A DNA stretch of 64,000 nucleotides from an uncultured delta proteobacterium (lineage in GTDB: Bacteria; Chloroflexota; Dehalococcoidia; Dehalococcoidales; BS750m-G39). Under the pieces are notes generated by a model that was not told the origin of the DNA, did not search any database, and saw nothing but the letters and a program-made list of their open reading frames with translations. Position 1 is the first letter of the stretch. Each line of letters starts with the position of its first letter. The stretch lies in assembly GCA_963739245.1 (NCBI GenBank), contig CAVTZP010000007.1, forward strand, positions 26,927 to 90,926, written 5' to 3'. Below, piece by piece: positions 45,831-55,969 of this stretch. A program made the position numbers and the translations under genes.

Positions 45831-46757
45831 ATGAAGCTTTTCCCCAATGGCGACAGGATTTTTGAGGTTATCAGTCGCTACGATGACCTGCTGACACTGG
45901 AGGAAAAAGAGGGCTATGAACCGGGTGACACCCTGGCTCTCATTGTCCCCTTCCTCATCCTCCATAATATCTCAGAGGCTAATATCTCTGCCCTAGCCGC
46001 CCAGGCCAGCCTGACCGGTGGCGCACAAAAGCTTACCTCCCAGCTTCAGCATAGCGGCTGGAGGATATTCTGCATCAGTACCAGCTATGAACAATATGCC
46101 ATCCACATTACTCAGAAACTGGGTATTTACGCCCATAATGTCGCCTGCACACCATTCCCCCTGGATAAGCTCCGGGCAACTTTATGTCAAGAAGACCTCA
46201 AGTTGCTGCAGCAGGCTGAGCAAGATATACTGACGATGCGCCCTATTGCTGATGATAAGCGGATTAAGTCAAGCCTTGACCGGTTCTTCTGGAAGAAGAT
46301 ACCGGCGACTAAGCTGGGTGCGGCAATAAGCCAGGTGAAGCCGGTTGGAGGGAGGCGTAAGGTAGCCGCTTTAACCAGATTTGCTGAGGATAATCACCAG
46401 CCATTATCTAACTGGGCGGTGATAGGTGATAGCATTACCGATTTCAGAATGCTTCAAGCAGTAGAGGAGGCGAGGGGGTTAGCCATTGCCTTCAACGCTA
46501 ATGAGTATGCCCTGCCCTACGCCACCATGGGCCTGGCTTCGACCTTCATTAGTGATTTGACGGAAATACTCCCGGTGTGGGAGCAGGGTCAGCGAAGTAA
46601 GGTGGAGAAGGTAGTAAAAGAAAAGGAGAAAAAGGGGGGCAGCGGGGATAGAGGCTACTTCCACTGGCTATCGGGCAGGAAAGACATAGACGATATTATT
46701 AAGATTCACAAGAGAATCAGGCAGGTGGTCAGGGAGGAAGCAGGAAAGCTAGGATGA
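45831..46757 (+). CDS. HAD-superfamily-like protein (start unresolved; minimal ATG-initiated ORF given)
   Basis: 308 aa from the first ATG. The frame stays open upstream to 45765 and there encodes [22 protein letters not shown], which looks like a HAD motif-I (DxD/E) segment. Confidence 0.5.
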   Translation: MKLFPNGDRIFEVISRYDDLLTLEEKEGYEPGDTLALIVPFLILHNISEANISALAAQASLTGGAQKLTSQLQHSGWRIFCISTSYEQYAIHITQKLGIYAHNVACTPFPLDKLRATLCQEDLKLLQQAEQDILTMRPIADDKRIKSSLDRFFWKKIPATKLGAAISQVKPVGGRRKVAALTRFAEDNHQPLSNWAVIGDSITDFRMLQAVEEARGLAIAFNANEYALPYATMGLASTFISDLTEILPVWEQGQRSKVEKVVKEKEKKGGSGDRGYFHWLSGRKDIDDIIKIHKRIRQVVREEAGKLG

Positions 46758-47717
46758 GTAATATTGAAGTCGTTGGGCTGGGGGCACTCAATATCGACCG
46801 TATATACAAGGTCGAGCGTATCCTTGATGATGGCGAGGCGGTGGTATTAGACGCTTGTTCATCTCCCGGCGGCTCGGCGGCTAATACCATCTACGGTCTG
46901 GCAAAACTTGGAATAAAAACTGGCTTTAGCGGGGTTGTTGGCGATGATGAGGACGGCAAGATATTGCTCCAGGATTTTCAAGCAGTAGGAGTAAATACCA
47001 GCAGAATTAAGGCTAAACATAGGGCGGAAACTGGCTCGGTATTATGCCTCAGTGACCAGTTGGGCCAGCGCTCCCTCTATGTCCTGCCAGGCGCCAATAA
47101 CCTACTCACCCTAGATGACCTTGACCTTGCCTATATCAACCAGGCAAGTATGCTCCACCTCTCCTCCTTTGCTGATGATAGGCAGTTCAAGGTGGTGCTG
47201 GAACTGATGGACAGGCTGGATTCGTCAGTCAAGCTCAGCTTTGCCCCGGGAGCGCTATATGCGGCCAAGGGGCTCAAAAACCTCGCCCCGATACTGAAGA
47301 GAACCTACCTCCTGTTCATTAACCAGAGTGAGATGCGCCAACTAACGGGGAAGGATGTTATCGCCGGAGCCGAAAGCTGTCTTAGACAGGGCTGCCAGAT
47401 TGTTGTGGTTACAATGGGGACAGGGGAAGAAATTGAAAAAAGCGACCGCTGTCGGCTATATTAGAGATTCTGAGAATGAATATGTAATCAAACCGTTAGC
47501 AGATATCGGGGCGAGTATGGATACTACCGGCGCCGGAGATGCCTTCGCCGCCGGGTTTATCTATGGGGTACTTAAGGGAAAAGGTCTTAAGGAATGCGGC
47601 CGACTTGGTAATATTGTCGCCCAATTCTGCATTAGCAAAATAGGAGCACGCAAGGGTTTACCTACTCTAAGCGAACTGACTCAGCGCTACCAGGAGCTTT
47701 ATAACCAAAAGCTATAG
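46754..47717 (+). pseudogene. PfkB-family carbohydrate/nucleoside kinase split by a +1 frameshift
   Basis: Track ORFs 46754..47464 (ribokinase-like N-terminus VVGLGALNIDRIY) and 47355..47717 (C-terminal DTTGAGDAFAAGF motif) join if one base is removed between 47416 and 47441. Confidence 0.7.
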
Positions 47718-48323
47718 CTACTTTGGAGCCGGCTTAGTCAGGACCTCATCTATAAGACCGTACTCCACTGCCTGTTGCGGATTAAGGTAGAAGTCACGGT
47801 CAGTATCGTGGGCTATCTTTTCCAAAGGTTGCCCGGTATGCTTAGCCAGAAGACCCTGAATTACTTCTTGCATCCGCATAATCTCGCGGGCAGCTATGAC
47901 CACATCGGCGGCTTGCCCCTGCACCCCACCGTATGCCTGATGCAGGTGAATAGTAGAGTTAGGTAAAGCATATCGCTTGCCCTTGGCTCCGGCACAAAGC
48001 AGCACCGTGGCCATACTAGCCGTCATACCAACGCTGATGGTAGACACCGGTGCGCGTATTAGCTGCATTGTGTCATAAATCGCCAGACCAGCGGAGATAT
48101 TACCTCCCGGGCTCTGAATATACATGCTGATGTCTTTATCCGGGTCCTCTCGGTCCAGATAAAGAAGCTGAGCGATTATAGTATTAGCCACCGGGTCATT
48201 AATCGGCGTGAATAACATAATTATGCGCTCTTTTAACAGTAGGGAATATATATCCCAAATTCTTTCACCCCTTGGCCCGCTCTCAATCACACCGGGGATA
48301 ACATTCATTGGTTGGACATTCAT
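47718..48323 (-). CDS. clpP: ATP-dependent Clp protease proteolytic subunit
   Basis: Preferred ATG at 48323, with GGGAGGAG immediately upstream; the track GTG at 48356 adds 11 aa. Ser/His motifs are GMTASMA and HLHQ. Confidence 0.9.
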   Translation of the reverse strand: MNVQPMNVIPGVIESGPRGERIWDIYSLLLKERIIMLFTPINDPVANTIIAQLLYLDREDPDKDISMYIQSPGGNISAGLAIYDTMQLIRAPVSTISVGMTASMATVLLCAGAKGKRYALPNSTIHLHQAYGGVQGQAADVVIAAREIMRMQEVIQGLLAKHTGQPLEKIAHDTDRDFYLNPQQAVEYGLIDEVLTKPAPK

Positions 48324-48373
48324 CTCTCTCCTCCCACTAGCTTTTTTATGGTTCACTATTATTTAATTATAAC

Positions 48374-50419
48374 TCATTCCCCAATTTTTCTCACCTGACA
48401 TGAAATGGCCTTAAACGCGGGATAACCGGAAATTGGGTCATGCTGCTCATCATCAGTCAGGATATTGGCGTTGGCTTCAACCCACCCATGTTGCAGGCTA
48501 AGCACCTTAGGATGAATATCAGGGGTGAGCTTGGCTTGCAGCTTGATGCTCCCCTTTGCCGACTCAACAACTACCCAGTCTCCATCAGCAATATCCAGGT
48601 CTTTTGCTGTATTAGTATTAATCTCAACCAAGGGTCGCGGCACCAGCTTCCTTAACCGGGCAATATCGCGATACTGGGAATGGGTGAAGGCATTTACCCG
48701 GGTGCCGGTAATCAAAACGAAGGGATACTGGGCAAGCCTAGAGGTTTCCCCCGGCTCGGTGAATGTTGGCAGGGGGGCATATCCATGCTCTGCCAGTATC
48801 TGCGAGAATAGTTCTACCTTCCCCGATGGAGTATCCAACCCCTCCTCCTCATATTTTCGCCGGTGGTCAAGCCGGTGATATATTATGCCACCGCGATTCT
48901 GCTCAAGCTGTTCTAGGGTAATGCCCGATGGCTCAAGCAGATAGGCGAGAAGCTCATTACTACTCTGCCAGGGGAAATAGTCAGCGTAGCCCATTTTTCT
49001 GCCCAGTTCCGACCATATTCGCCAATCCTCCATACACTCAGCCGGAGGCTCAACCACCCGGTCACTCAATGCAATTAGCGGTCGCCCTTCAAAGGCATAG
49101 TCCTTAAGCATTCTCCTCTCGGCGAAGGTAGTGGCAGGGAGGAAGATATCCGCCAACTTGGCGGTTTCGGTCAGAAACAGGTCAGCTACCACCAACAGGT
49201 CTAATTTCTGGAATGCTTCCTTCACCTTATTACTATTGGGCCAGGTTAAGGCAGGATTACAACCGTGAATGATTAGGGCCTTAGGCAGGTATGGTTTCCC
49301 GGTAATTATGGCCTCGGCTACTGGCATAGCCGTCGTCTCACCGATAAATCGGCTAAATATTGGATAGCGCGCCCCAATACCCTCGGCGAGGGAAACCTCA
49401 CTCTTTACCCTAAGACCGGCGTACCTCAGCATGGGGTTATAGATATTCCCCCCGCTTATATCAAGGTTGCCGGTGATAGCTATCAGGGTGGAAACAGCCC
49501 GGATATTCTGAATGCCATTGATGGAGTGGTCTAATGCTGTACCATGAGTGATGGTCGCCGGCTTCGTGGTGGCATACATCATGGCAAACTGTCTAACTTT
49601 CTCGGCAGGAACCGAGGTAATCCCTTCTACTATTTCAGGACGATACCTCTTGACATGCTCCGCTAGCTTATCAAAACCAAGGGTCCAATCTCGGACAAAA
49701 TCCCTATCATATAATCCCTCAGCTATGATTACATTCAGTAAGCCAAGGACAAGAATACCGTCAGTCCCCGGCTTAATCTGGATATGAATATCGGCTTCTT
49801 TAGCCAGTCTGGTCGCCCTGGGGTCAACGACGATTAATTTTGCCCCTCGCTTCCGGGCAGAAAGAATCCTTGCCTCCTCCCCTACCTTTGATTGCTCTGG
49901 GTTATGCCCCCAGACGACAATGCAACGGCTGTTTTCATGGTTTGCAAACACGAAAAACATTCGCCGGCTTAGAGTCAAACCATATCCGACTCCCCGGGCA
50001 ATAAAACAAAGGGAAGCCCCGCTAGTATAATTGGGTGTCCCATATAAGCTACAGAATCTGGCAGCTAGCCCAAGTGGCTCTGGGCCCAGAAGCGGCCCGT
50101 CGAAATGTACCACCAGCGCTTTAGCCCCATAACTCTCCTTTATACCAGCCAGTTTGTCGCCAATGATGTCAAAGGCTTCGTCCCAAGAGATTCTCTGCCA
50201 CCTGCCATCAACCTTCCTCATGGGATGGGTGATTCGCTCCGGGGAATATAGCAAATCTGGCAGTGCCCGCACCTTGACACATAGCCTATTGACTGGGTGC
50301 TCCTTCATCGGGGCGACTTTCACCAGCCTGCCGTTCTCCACATGAGCATCTATTCCGCAACCGCTTTGACACATATGGCAAATAGCTTTTACAACCCTGG
50401 TTTTACTTTCCCCGGTCAT
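48374..50419 (-). CDS. cytoplasmic molybdopterin (bis-MGD) oxidoreductase, DMSO-reductase superfamily, substrate unknown
   Basis: 681 aa with no Tat signal. It has an N-terminal [4Fe-4S] motif CHMCQSGCGIDA...C, a candidate Mo-ligand region GASLCFIARG, and a C-terminal beta-barrel (molydop_binding-like) region. Confidence 0.75.
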   Translation of the reverse strand: MTGESKTRVVKAICHMCQSGCGIDAHVENGRLVKVAPMKEHPVNRLCVKVRALPDLLYSPERITHPMRKVDGRWQRISWDEAFDIIGDKLAGIKESYGAKALVVHFDGPLLGPEPLGLAARFCSLYGTPNYTSGASLCFIARGVGYGLTLSRRMFFVFANHENSRCIVVWGHNPEQSKVGEEARILSARKRGAKLIVVDPRATRLAKEADIHIQIKPGTDGILVLGLLNVIIAEGLYDRDFVRDWTLGFDKLAEHVKRYRPEIVEGITSVPAEKVRQFAMMYATTKPATITHGTALDHSINGIQNIRAVSTLIAITGNLDISGGNIYNPMLRYAGLRVKSEVSLAEGIGARYPIFSRFIGETTAMPVAEAIITGKPYLPKALIIHGCNPALTWPNSNKVKEAFQKLDLLVVADLFLTETAKLADIFLPATTFAERRMLKDYAFEGRPLIALSDRVVEPPAECMEDWRIWSELGRKMGYADYFPWQSSNELLAYLLEPSGITLEQLEQNRGGIIYHRLDHRRKYEEEGLDTPSGKVELFSQILAEHGYAPLPTFTEPGETSRLAQYPFVLITGTRVNAFTHSQYRDIARLRKLVPRPLVEINTNTAKDLDIADGDWVVVESAKGSIKLQAKLTPDIHPKVLSLQHGWVEANANILTDDEQHDPISGYPAFKAISCQVRKIGE

Positions 50420-51698
50420 CTACTGAGCCTCCAGCTATCTCTGTCAGACGTTGTATGGTCTTTCGCCTAGTTAACAATTGCTTGATTGAGTTATGAGCCT
50501 GAGGTAAATCTAGCCATTTCTGCACCTCGTCTTTATTCCCGGAGACACTCTTGGCTATACTTTCTAGCTCAGTCTTTATCTCGGCATCACTAACCTCAAT
50601 CTTTTCTTCTGTGGCAACCTCTTCCAACACTAATGAGCGGGTAACCCTCTTTGTTGCTAACGGGCGCAGCTCCTCCTGCAATTCCTCCCCCGTTTTATTA
50701 ACCTGGCGAAGGTACTCCTCCAACCCACCACTCGCCTGCAGCCACCTTGCCTGCTGGTCAAGGAGTCGGGCAATCTCCACCTCAACCAAAATCGGTGGGA
50801 ATTCCATCTGGCTGATTTCAACCACCCCGTCAATTACCCGCTCCTCAAATTCCTCCTTAGTTCTCTCCTCGGCCCGGAGATGCATACTCGCTGAGATTTT
50901 CTCCCGGAGAGAGTCCAGGGTCTTTAACTCAGGGTCAATTAAGGTGGCAAATTCATCATCCAGTGGAGGAAGCCGACGCTGCTTTATCTCACTGACCTTC
51001 ACCTTAAAGTGAGCCTCCTTCCCCGCCAACTCAACCCTGGGATAATCTTCAGGGAGCTTGAGTTTAAACTCCTTCTCCTCACCGACTTTCACCCCAAGCA
51101 ACTGCTCGGCAAACCCGGGCACAGGAAGGGGCTGGTTCTGAAGAACCTCATATTGAATCCCTTGTTGATTTATAAACGGCTTCCCATCTATATTGCTTGC
51201 GATATCCAAGGTCACCAAGTCGTCAAGGGTTACTTCGCGCTCTACCGGCTCCCAGGTGCTATGCTGACGGCGTAGCTGCTCAATTACGGCATTAACATCA
51301 TTCTCGGCTATTTCTACCACTTCCGGGGTAAGCCGAATCTGATGGTAGTCACCGAGCTTGACCGTAGGTCTTAATGGGACTGTCGCCTTAAATACCACCG
51401 GGTCAGTCTGCTCTACCTCGATAGACGGGCGGGCAATAGCCTCAATCCCCTGCTCCTTAATTGCCTGCTCATAAGCCCGGGGAAGCAGACGATTCAGCGC
51501 CTCCTCAAGAAGGTTCTCCCTACCGATATGGCGTTCCAGTATCTCCCGGGGCGCTTTCCCCTTGCGGAAGCCGGGAATTTTTGCCTTCTTAACCAAGTAG
51601 TGGTAAGACTCCGTCAAGGACTCTTCTACCTCAGTCGGCTCCATCTCAATCCGCAGAAACGCCTGACTGTTCTCTATTTTCTCTTTACTTACCTTCAC
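50403..51698 (-). CDS. tig: trigger factor
   Basis: 431 aa with a ribosome-binding N-domain (GFRKGKAP), an FKBP-like middle domain and a C-terminal arm domain. Confidence 0.9.
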   Translation of the reverse strand: MKVSKEKIENSQAFLRIEMEPTEVEESLTESYHYLVKKAKIPGFRKGKAPREILERHIGRENLLEEALNRLLPRAYEQAIKEQGIEAIARPSIEVEQTDPVVFKATVPLRPTVKLGDYHQIRLTPEVVEIAENDVNAVIEQLRRQHSTWEPVEREVTLDDLVTLDIASNIDGKPFINQQGIQYEVLQNQPLPVPGFAEQLLGVKVGEEKEFKLKLPEDYPRVELAGKEAHFKVKVSEIKQRRLPPLDDEFATLIDPELKTLDSLREKISASMHLRAEERTKEEFEERVIDGVVEISQMEFPPILVEVEIARLLDQQARWLQASGGLEEYLRQVNKTGEELQEELRPLATKRVTRSLVLEEVATEEKIEVSDAEIKTELESIAKSVSGNKDEVQKWLDLPQAHNSIKQLLTRRKTIQRLTEIAGGSVDDRGK

Positions 51699-53491
51699 TC
51701 TTCCTCCCGCAGACGTAGGTGTAATTCAGCTAGTTGCTCTTCACTGACCGATGCCGGGGCATTAAAGGTTAAATCAGCCGCGCTCTGGTTCTTGGGAAAG
51801 GCAATAACCTCCCTGATTGTCTCCTCACCCGCCAGCAGCATCACAACGCGGTCAATGCCGGGGGCAACACCACCATGGGGAGGAGCACCATACTCAAAAG
51901 CCTCAAGCATATGCCCGAAGCGCTCATTAATCTCTTCATCGCTGTAGCCCAGCAACCTGAATATCTTCCGCTGAAGCTCGCTGATATGAATCCTGATGCT
52001 GCCGCCGGCAATCTCATACCCGTTGCAGACAAAGTCATAATGCTTACCCCTCACCTTCTCCGGGGCGCTATCAAGTAATGGTATATCCTCGTCCCTGGGC
52101 GCTGTAAAGGGATGATGCATCGGCTCCCATAGCCCCGTCTCTTCATTCCTGTCCAGCAAGGGAAAATCCACGACGAAGGCGAAGGCAAGCAGATTGGGGT
52201 CGGCAAGCTTCAGCCGACGGCCCATCTCCTGGCGCAGCCCGCTCAGTGCCATATCAACCAGTTTGGGTTTGCCGGCAACGATAAGCAGAAGGTCTCCCAT
52301 ATTTGCCCCCAAACGGTGCCCCATCTGCTTAATCTGGTCCAGGGTTAGAAACTTGGCAGCAACGGACTTGGCCATTTCCATGGTCAGCTCGTCCAAACTA
52401 CCGCCTCCACTGCCCAGCGCTATGGTTACCACCCCTCCCGCCCCAAGGCTCTGCACAAATTTATTTAGTTCCTCAAGCTGACGGCGAGTATAATCCCCAC
52501 AGCCGGGGGCACACATACCCTTCACCTTACCCCCCTGGTCAATAGCAGAACGAAAGATAGAGAAGTCCGACTGAGCGGCAATGTCGGTCAAATCTCTCAG
52601 CTCTAAACCAAATCTCAGGTCGGGCTTATCCATGCCGTAACGCTCCATTACCTCAGCGTAGGTAAGACGAGGGAAGGGCGTTATCATTCTCATCTCCGGC
52701 TTAATCGCCTTCACCATCGAAGTGAACAGCTCCTCCAGCAGGTTAAGGATATCCTCCTCCTCGACAAAGCTCATCTCCAGGTCAAGCTGGGTGAACTCAG
52801 GCTGGCGGTCAGCCCGGGTATCCTCATCACGAAAGCACTTGGCTATTTGAAAGTACTTCTCCACACCGGCAACCATCAGTAGCTGCTTGAGCTGCTGGGG
52901 CGACTGGGGAAGGGCATAAAACTTTCCCGGGTGTAGGCGGCTGGGCACCAGGTAGTCACGAGCCCCCTCCGGAGTACTCTTAATCAGAATCGGTGTCTCT
53001 ACCTCAATAAACCCCCGGGCACACAAAAAGTCACGCATAAACTTCACCACCTGGTGGCGGAGAAGTAGGTTCTTTTTCATCCGCGCCCGTCTCAGGTCAA
53101 GATAGCGATACTTGAGCCTGAGGTTTTCCTCCACCTCAACATCTTCATTGATATAAAATGGCGGAGTCTTTGATGGATTCAGTATAGCGGTATTATTAGC
53201 GATAACCTCAATCTCACCGGTAGGCAATTTAAGGTTCTCCGTCCCCTGAGGGCGGGGTGAAACCTTACCGCTAACCCTGACCACATACTCACTGCGCATC
53301 TCGCTGGCTATTTTATGGCAAGAAGCTGATACCTCCGGATTGAATACTACCTGAGCTATGCCTTCTCTATCGCGCAGGTCAATGAAAATCAGCCCACCGT
53401 GGTCCCGGCGGCGGTCTACCCATCCCGCCAGGGTTACCTCGGAGCCAACATCCTTTTTGCTCAGCTCGCCACAGCTATGAGTTTTAAGCAA
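51695..53491 (-). CDS. aspS: aspartate--tRNA ligase
   Basis: 598 aa with an OB-fold N-terminus, class II motifs (FRDEDTRADRQPEFTQLD, GGIRIH) and the bacterial insertion domain. Confidence 0.95.
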   Translation of the reverse strand: MLKTHSCGELSKKDVGSEVTLAGWVDRRRDHGGLIFIDLRDREGIAQVVFNPEVSASCHKIASEMRSEYVVRVSGKVSPRPQGTENLKLPTGEIEVIANNTAILNPSKTPPFYINEDVEVEENLRLKYRYLDLRRARMKKNLLLRHQVVKFMRDFLCARGFIEVETPILIKSTPEGARDYLVPSRLHPGKFYALPQSPQQLKQLLMVAGVEKYFQIAKCFRDEDTRADRQPEFTQLDLEMSFVEEEDILNLLEELFTSMVKAIKPEMRMITPFPRLTYAEVMERYGMDKPDLRFGLELRDLTDIAAQSDFSIFRSAIDQGGKVKGMCAPGCGDYTRRQLEELNKFVQSLGAGGVVTIALGSGGGSLDELTMEMAKSVAAKFLTLDQIKQMGHRLGANMGDLLLIVAGKPKLVDMALSGLRQEMGRRLKLADPNLLAFAFVVDFPLLDRNEETGLWEPMHHPFTAPRDEDIPLLDSAPEKVRGKHYDFVCNGYEIAGGSIRIHISELQRKIFRLLGYSDEEINERFGHMLEAFEYGAPPHGGVAPGIDRVVMLLAGEETIREVIAFPKNQSAADLTFNAPASVSEEQLAELHLRLREEE

Positions 53492-53559
53492 GACTGCCTC
53501 CAGATACCTTACCCCCGATTATAGCTGATGCTGGGGTTAGCTTCAACCCAAGGGGTAAA

Positions 53560-53588
53560 TTGACAAGCCCAATCTTTAGCATTATCAT
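53560..53588 (+). promoter_or_regulatory. candidate sigma-70 promoter for the COG1900 cluster
   Basis: TTGACA, 17 nt, TATCAT. The -10 ends only 9 nt before the ATG, which implies a very short or absent leader. Confidence 0.35.
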
Positions 53589-53597
53589 CTTGGGGAT

Positions 53598-54803
53598 ATG
53601 GCAAAAACAATTGAAGAAATAAACGAGAAGATAAAACAGGGCAAGGCGGTGGTGGTCACTGCCGAGGAGATAATAGGCATTGCCCGAGAGAAGGGTATTA
53701 AGAAGGCAGCCCAGGAGATAGATGTGGTTACCACCGGCACCTTCGGCCCAATGTGCTCATCTGGCGCCTACCTTAATATTGGACACTCCAAGCCGAGAAT
53801 CAAGCTCGGTGGTGGTAAAGCCTACCTTAATGACGTCCCGGCTTATACCGCATTGGCGGCGACAGACATATTTATCGGCGCCGGCGCCCTTCCCGATGAT
53901 GACCCCAGAAACAAAATCCACCCCGGCGAATTCAACTACGGTGGTGGGCATGTGATTGAGGAGCTCGTTGCCGGCAAGGATATCAGACTGGTGGCAACTG
54001 CCTATGGCACCGATTGCTACCCAAGGAAAAGGCTTGAGACCTGGATTAATATAAAAGACCTAAACGAGGCGGTACTATTTAACATCAGGAATGCCTACCA
54101 GAATTATAATGTGGCGGCAAACACCTCAAATAAAACAATCTACACCTATATGGGGGTATTGCGGGCAAACCTGGGTAATATCAATTATTGCAGCGCCGGG
54201 CAACTCTCACCATTACTTAATGACCCCTATTACCAGACCATTGGCATCGGCACCAGGATATTCCTGGGGGGTGGAACTGGCTTTGTCGCCTGGCATGGCA
54301 CTCAGCACAATCCAAACGTGCCCCGCACTGAAAAGGGAGTGCCTAAAAGAGGCGCAGGGGCGCTGGCAGTAATAGGTGACCTGAAACAGATGAGCCCGAG
54401 ATGGCTGGTGGGAACCAGCATGCTTGGCTATGGCTCTACCCTGACCGTAGGGATTGGCGTACCTATCCCCATACTCTCGGAAGAAATCCTCAGTTATACC
54501 CTAGTAACTGATGACGAGATTTTCGCCGCTATCGTTGATTATTCTGATGCTTACCCCAATCTGAAAGCGGATATCCTTGGCGAAGTCAGTTATGCCCAGC
54601 TTAAGAGCGGGAAGGTAAAGGTTAAGGGCAAAGAGGTGCCCACCGCCTCCCTGTCTAGCTATCCACGGGCTCAAGAGATTGCCAATGTTTTAAAGGAGTG
54701 GATACTAAGCGGCAAATTCTTACTAACTGAGCCAGTAGCACCCCTGCCCAGTGTCGAATCAGGTTATACCTTTAAGCCGCTCAAAGAACGCCCGATAGAA
54801 TAA
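53598..54803 (+). CDS. COG1900/DUF39-family homocysteine biosynthesis protein (archaeal sulfide-dependent route)
   Basis: 401 aa. The N-terminus (VVTAEE..., VDVVTTGTFGPMCSSGA) matches the methanogen COG1900 family as I recall it. Confidence 0.65.
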   Translation: MAKTIEEINEKIKQGKAVVVTAEEIIGIAREKGIKKAAQEIDVVTTGTFGPMCSSGAYLNIGHSKPRIKLGGGKAYLNDVPAYTALAATDIFIGAGALPDDDPRNKIHPGEFNYGGGHVIEELVAGKDIRLVATAYGTDCYPRKRLETWINIKDLNEAVLFNIRNAYQNYNVAANTSNKTIYTYMGVLRANLGNINYCSAGQLSPLLNDPYYQTIGIGTRIFLGGGTGFVAWHGTQHNPNVPRTEKGVPKRGAGALAVIGDLKQMSPRWLVGTSMLGYGSTLTVGIGVPIPILSEEILSYTLVTDDEIFAAIVDYSDAYPNLKADILGEVSYAQLKSGKVKVKGKEVPTASLSSYPRAQEIANVLKEWILSGKFLLTEPVAPLPSVESGYTFKPLKERPIE

Positions 54804-54814
54804 AGGAGACAAAA

Positions 54815-55225
54815 ATGGCTGTTTCCCGGAAAATAGTCCTGCACTTCCCCAAGCGAATTGTGGAGCGTACTATAGTCTGCCGACTGGCTAAGGACTACGA
54901 CCTTGAATTTAATATTTTAAAGGCTCTAGTTACCCCAGATGAGGAAGGGCTGCTGGTGCTGGAATTGAGCGGCGAGCAGGAAGAGTATGATAAGGGTATC
55001 AGGTATCTGACCGAGACCGGGGTGAGGATAGAATCGCTGAGCCAGAATTTTATTCGTAATGAGGAAAGGTGCACCCATTGCGGTGCCTGTGTCACCATCT
55101 GCCCCTCCGGCGCCTTTGAACTTGACCCCGCCACCAGACTGGTCAACTTTCATGACGAAAAATGCGTCGCCTGTGGGCTGTGCATAAAGGCTTGTCCCCC
55201 GCGAGCTATGGAGGTACATTTCTAG
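54815..55225 (+). CDS. NIL-domain / 2x[4Fe-4S] ferredoxin fusion protein
   Basis: 136 aa with an N-terminal NIL-like domain and C-terminal CTHCGACVTICP and CVACGLCIKACP motifs. Confidence 0.7.
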   Translation: MAVSRKIVLHFPKRIVERTIVCRLAKDYDLEFNILKALVTPDEEGLLVLELSGEQEEYDKGIRYLTETGVRIESLSQNFIRNEERCTHCGACVTICPSGAFELDPATRLVNFHDEKCVACGLCIKACPPRAMEVHF

Positions 55226-55227
55226 CC

Positions 55228-55953
55228 GTGTATGAGCCCAGGCTCTACCGCCACTGGGTCAAAGATAAAGACCTAGTCTCTTTTAATGCGGTGGTAAAGG
55301 AGACAGATTTGTATATTCGCGCCTCATCTAACCTGAAGCGAAAAGCCCTCAAGCTGGTAATGAAATATCGTGACATGCTGGAGCGGTATATTGAGCGACA
55401 TCCCTCATTCCTCACCTCCCTTGAGCCCATTGCCATTGAGGACGATGCCCCTGATATTATAACCCAGATGGCAGAATCAGCCAGAAAAGCTGGGGTTGGT
55501 CCTATGGCGGCAGTAGCCGGGGCTATCGCCGAATTTGTTGGCAGCGAGCTTCTCGCCTTCTCCCCGGAGATTATTATTGAAAACGGTGGTGATATCTACC
55601 TCAAGAGCCTGAAGCAAAGGCTGATAGGAATTTATGCCGGAAAATCGCCGCTAACTGGTAAGATTGCCCTGGAAATCAACGGGGAGGAGACGCCGATGGG
55701 CATCTGCACCTCCTCAGGAACAGTGGGGCATTCCCTGAGCTTTGGCAAAGCCGATGCCGCCATAGTTCTTTCCAAATCAGCCACCCTGGCTGATGCCGCC
55801 GCCACTGCCATCGGCAACCTCATTATCCAGCCCGCTGATATCCCTCTGGGGATTGAACTTGCCCAGAGTATTGATGGGGTGGCTGGGGTAATCATCATTA
55901 AGGATGATAAAATGGGACTGTGGGGCGAGGTAAAGGTCTGTCCAATGTCCTAG
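55228..55953 (+). CDS. UPF0280 (ApbE-superfamily, COG2122-like) protein
   Basis: Start set to the in-frame GTG at 55228, just after the upstream stop. The sequence (VYEPRLYRHWV...VKETDLYIRAS) fits the UPF0280 N-terminus, and the track ATG at 55162 would overlap the upstream gene by 64 nt. Confidence 0.55.
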   Translation: MYEPRLYRHWVKDKDLVSFNAVVKETDLYIRASSNLKRKALKLVMKYRDMLERYIERHPSFLTSLEPIAIEDDAPDIITQMAESARKAGVGPMAAVAGAIAEFVGSELLAFSPEIIIENGGDIYLKSLKQRLIGIYAGKSPLTGKIALEINGEETPMGICTSSGTVGHSLSFGKADAAIVLSKSATLADAAATAIGNLIIQPADIPLGIELAQSIDGVAGVIIIKDDKMGLWGEVKVCPMS

Positions 55954-55969
55954 AAGAAAGGGGGTATAA

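Noticed and set aside
48324-48356. The track's GTG start at 48356, which adds 11 residues ([11 protein letters not shown]) to ClpP.
   Set aside because: The strong GGGAGGAG site lies within that extension, immediately before the ATG at 48323. ClpP homologs begin near that position.
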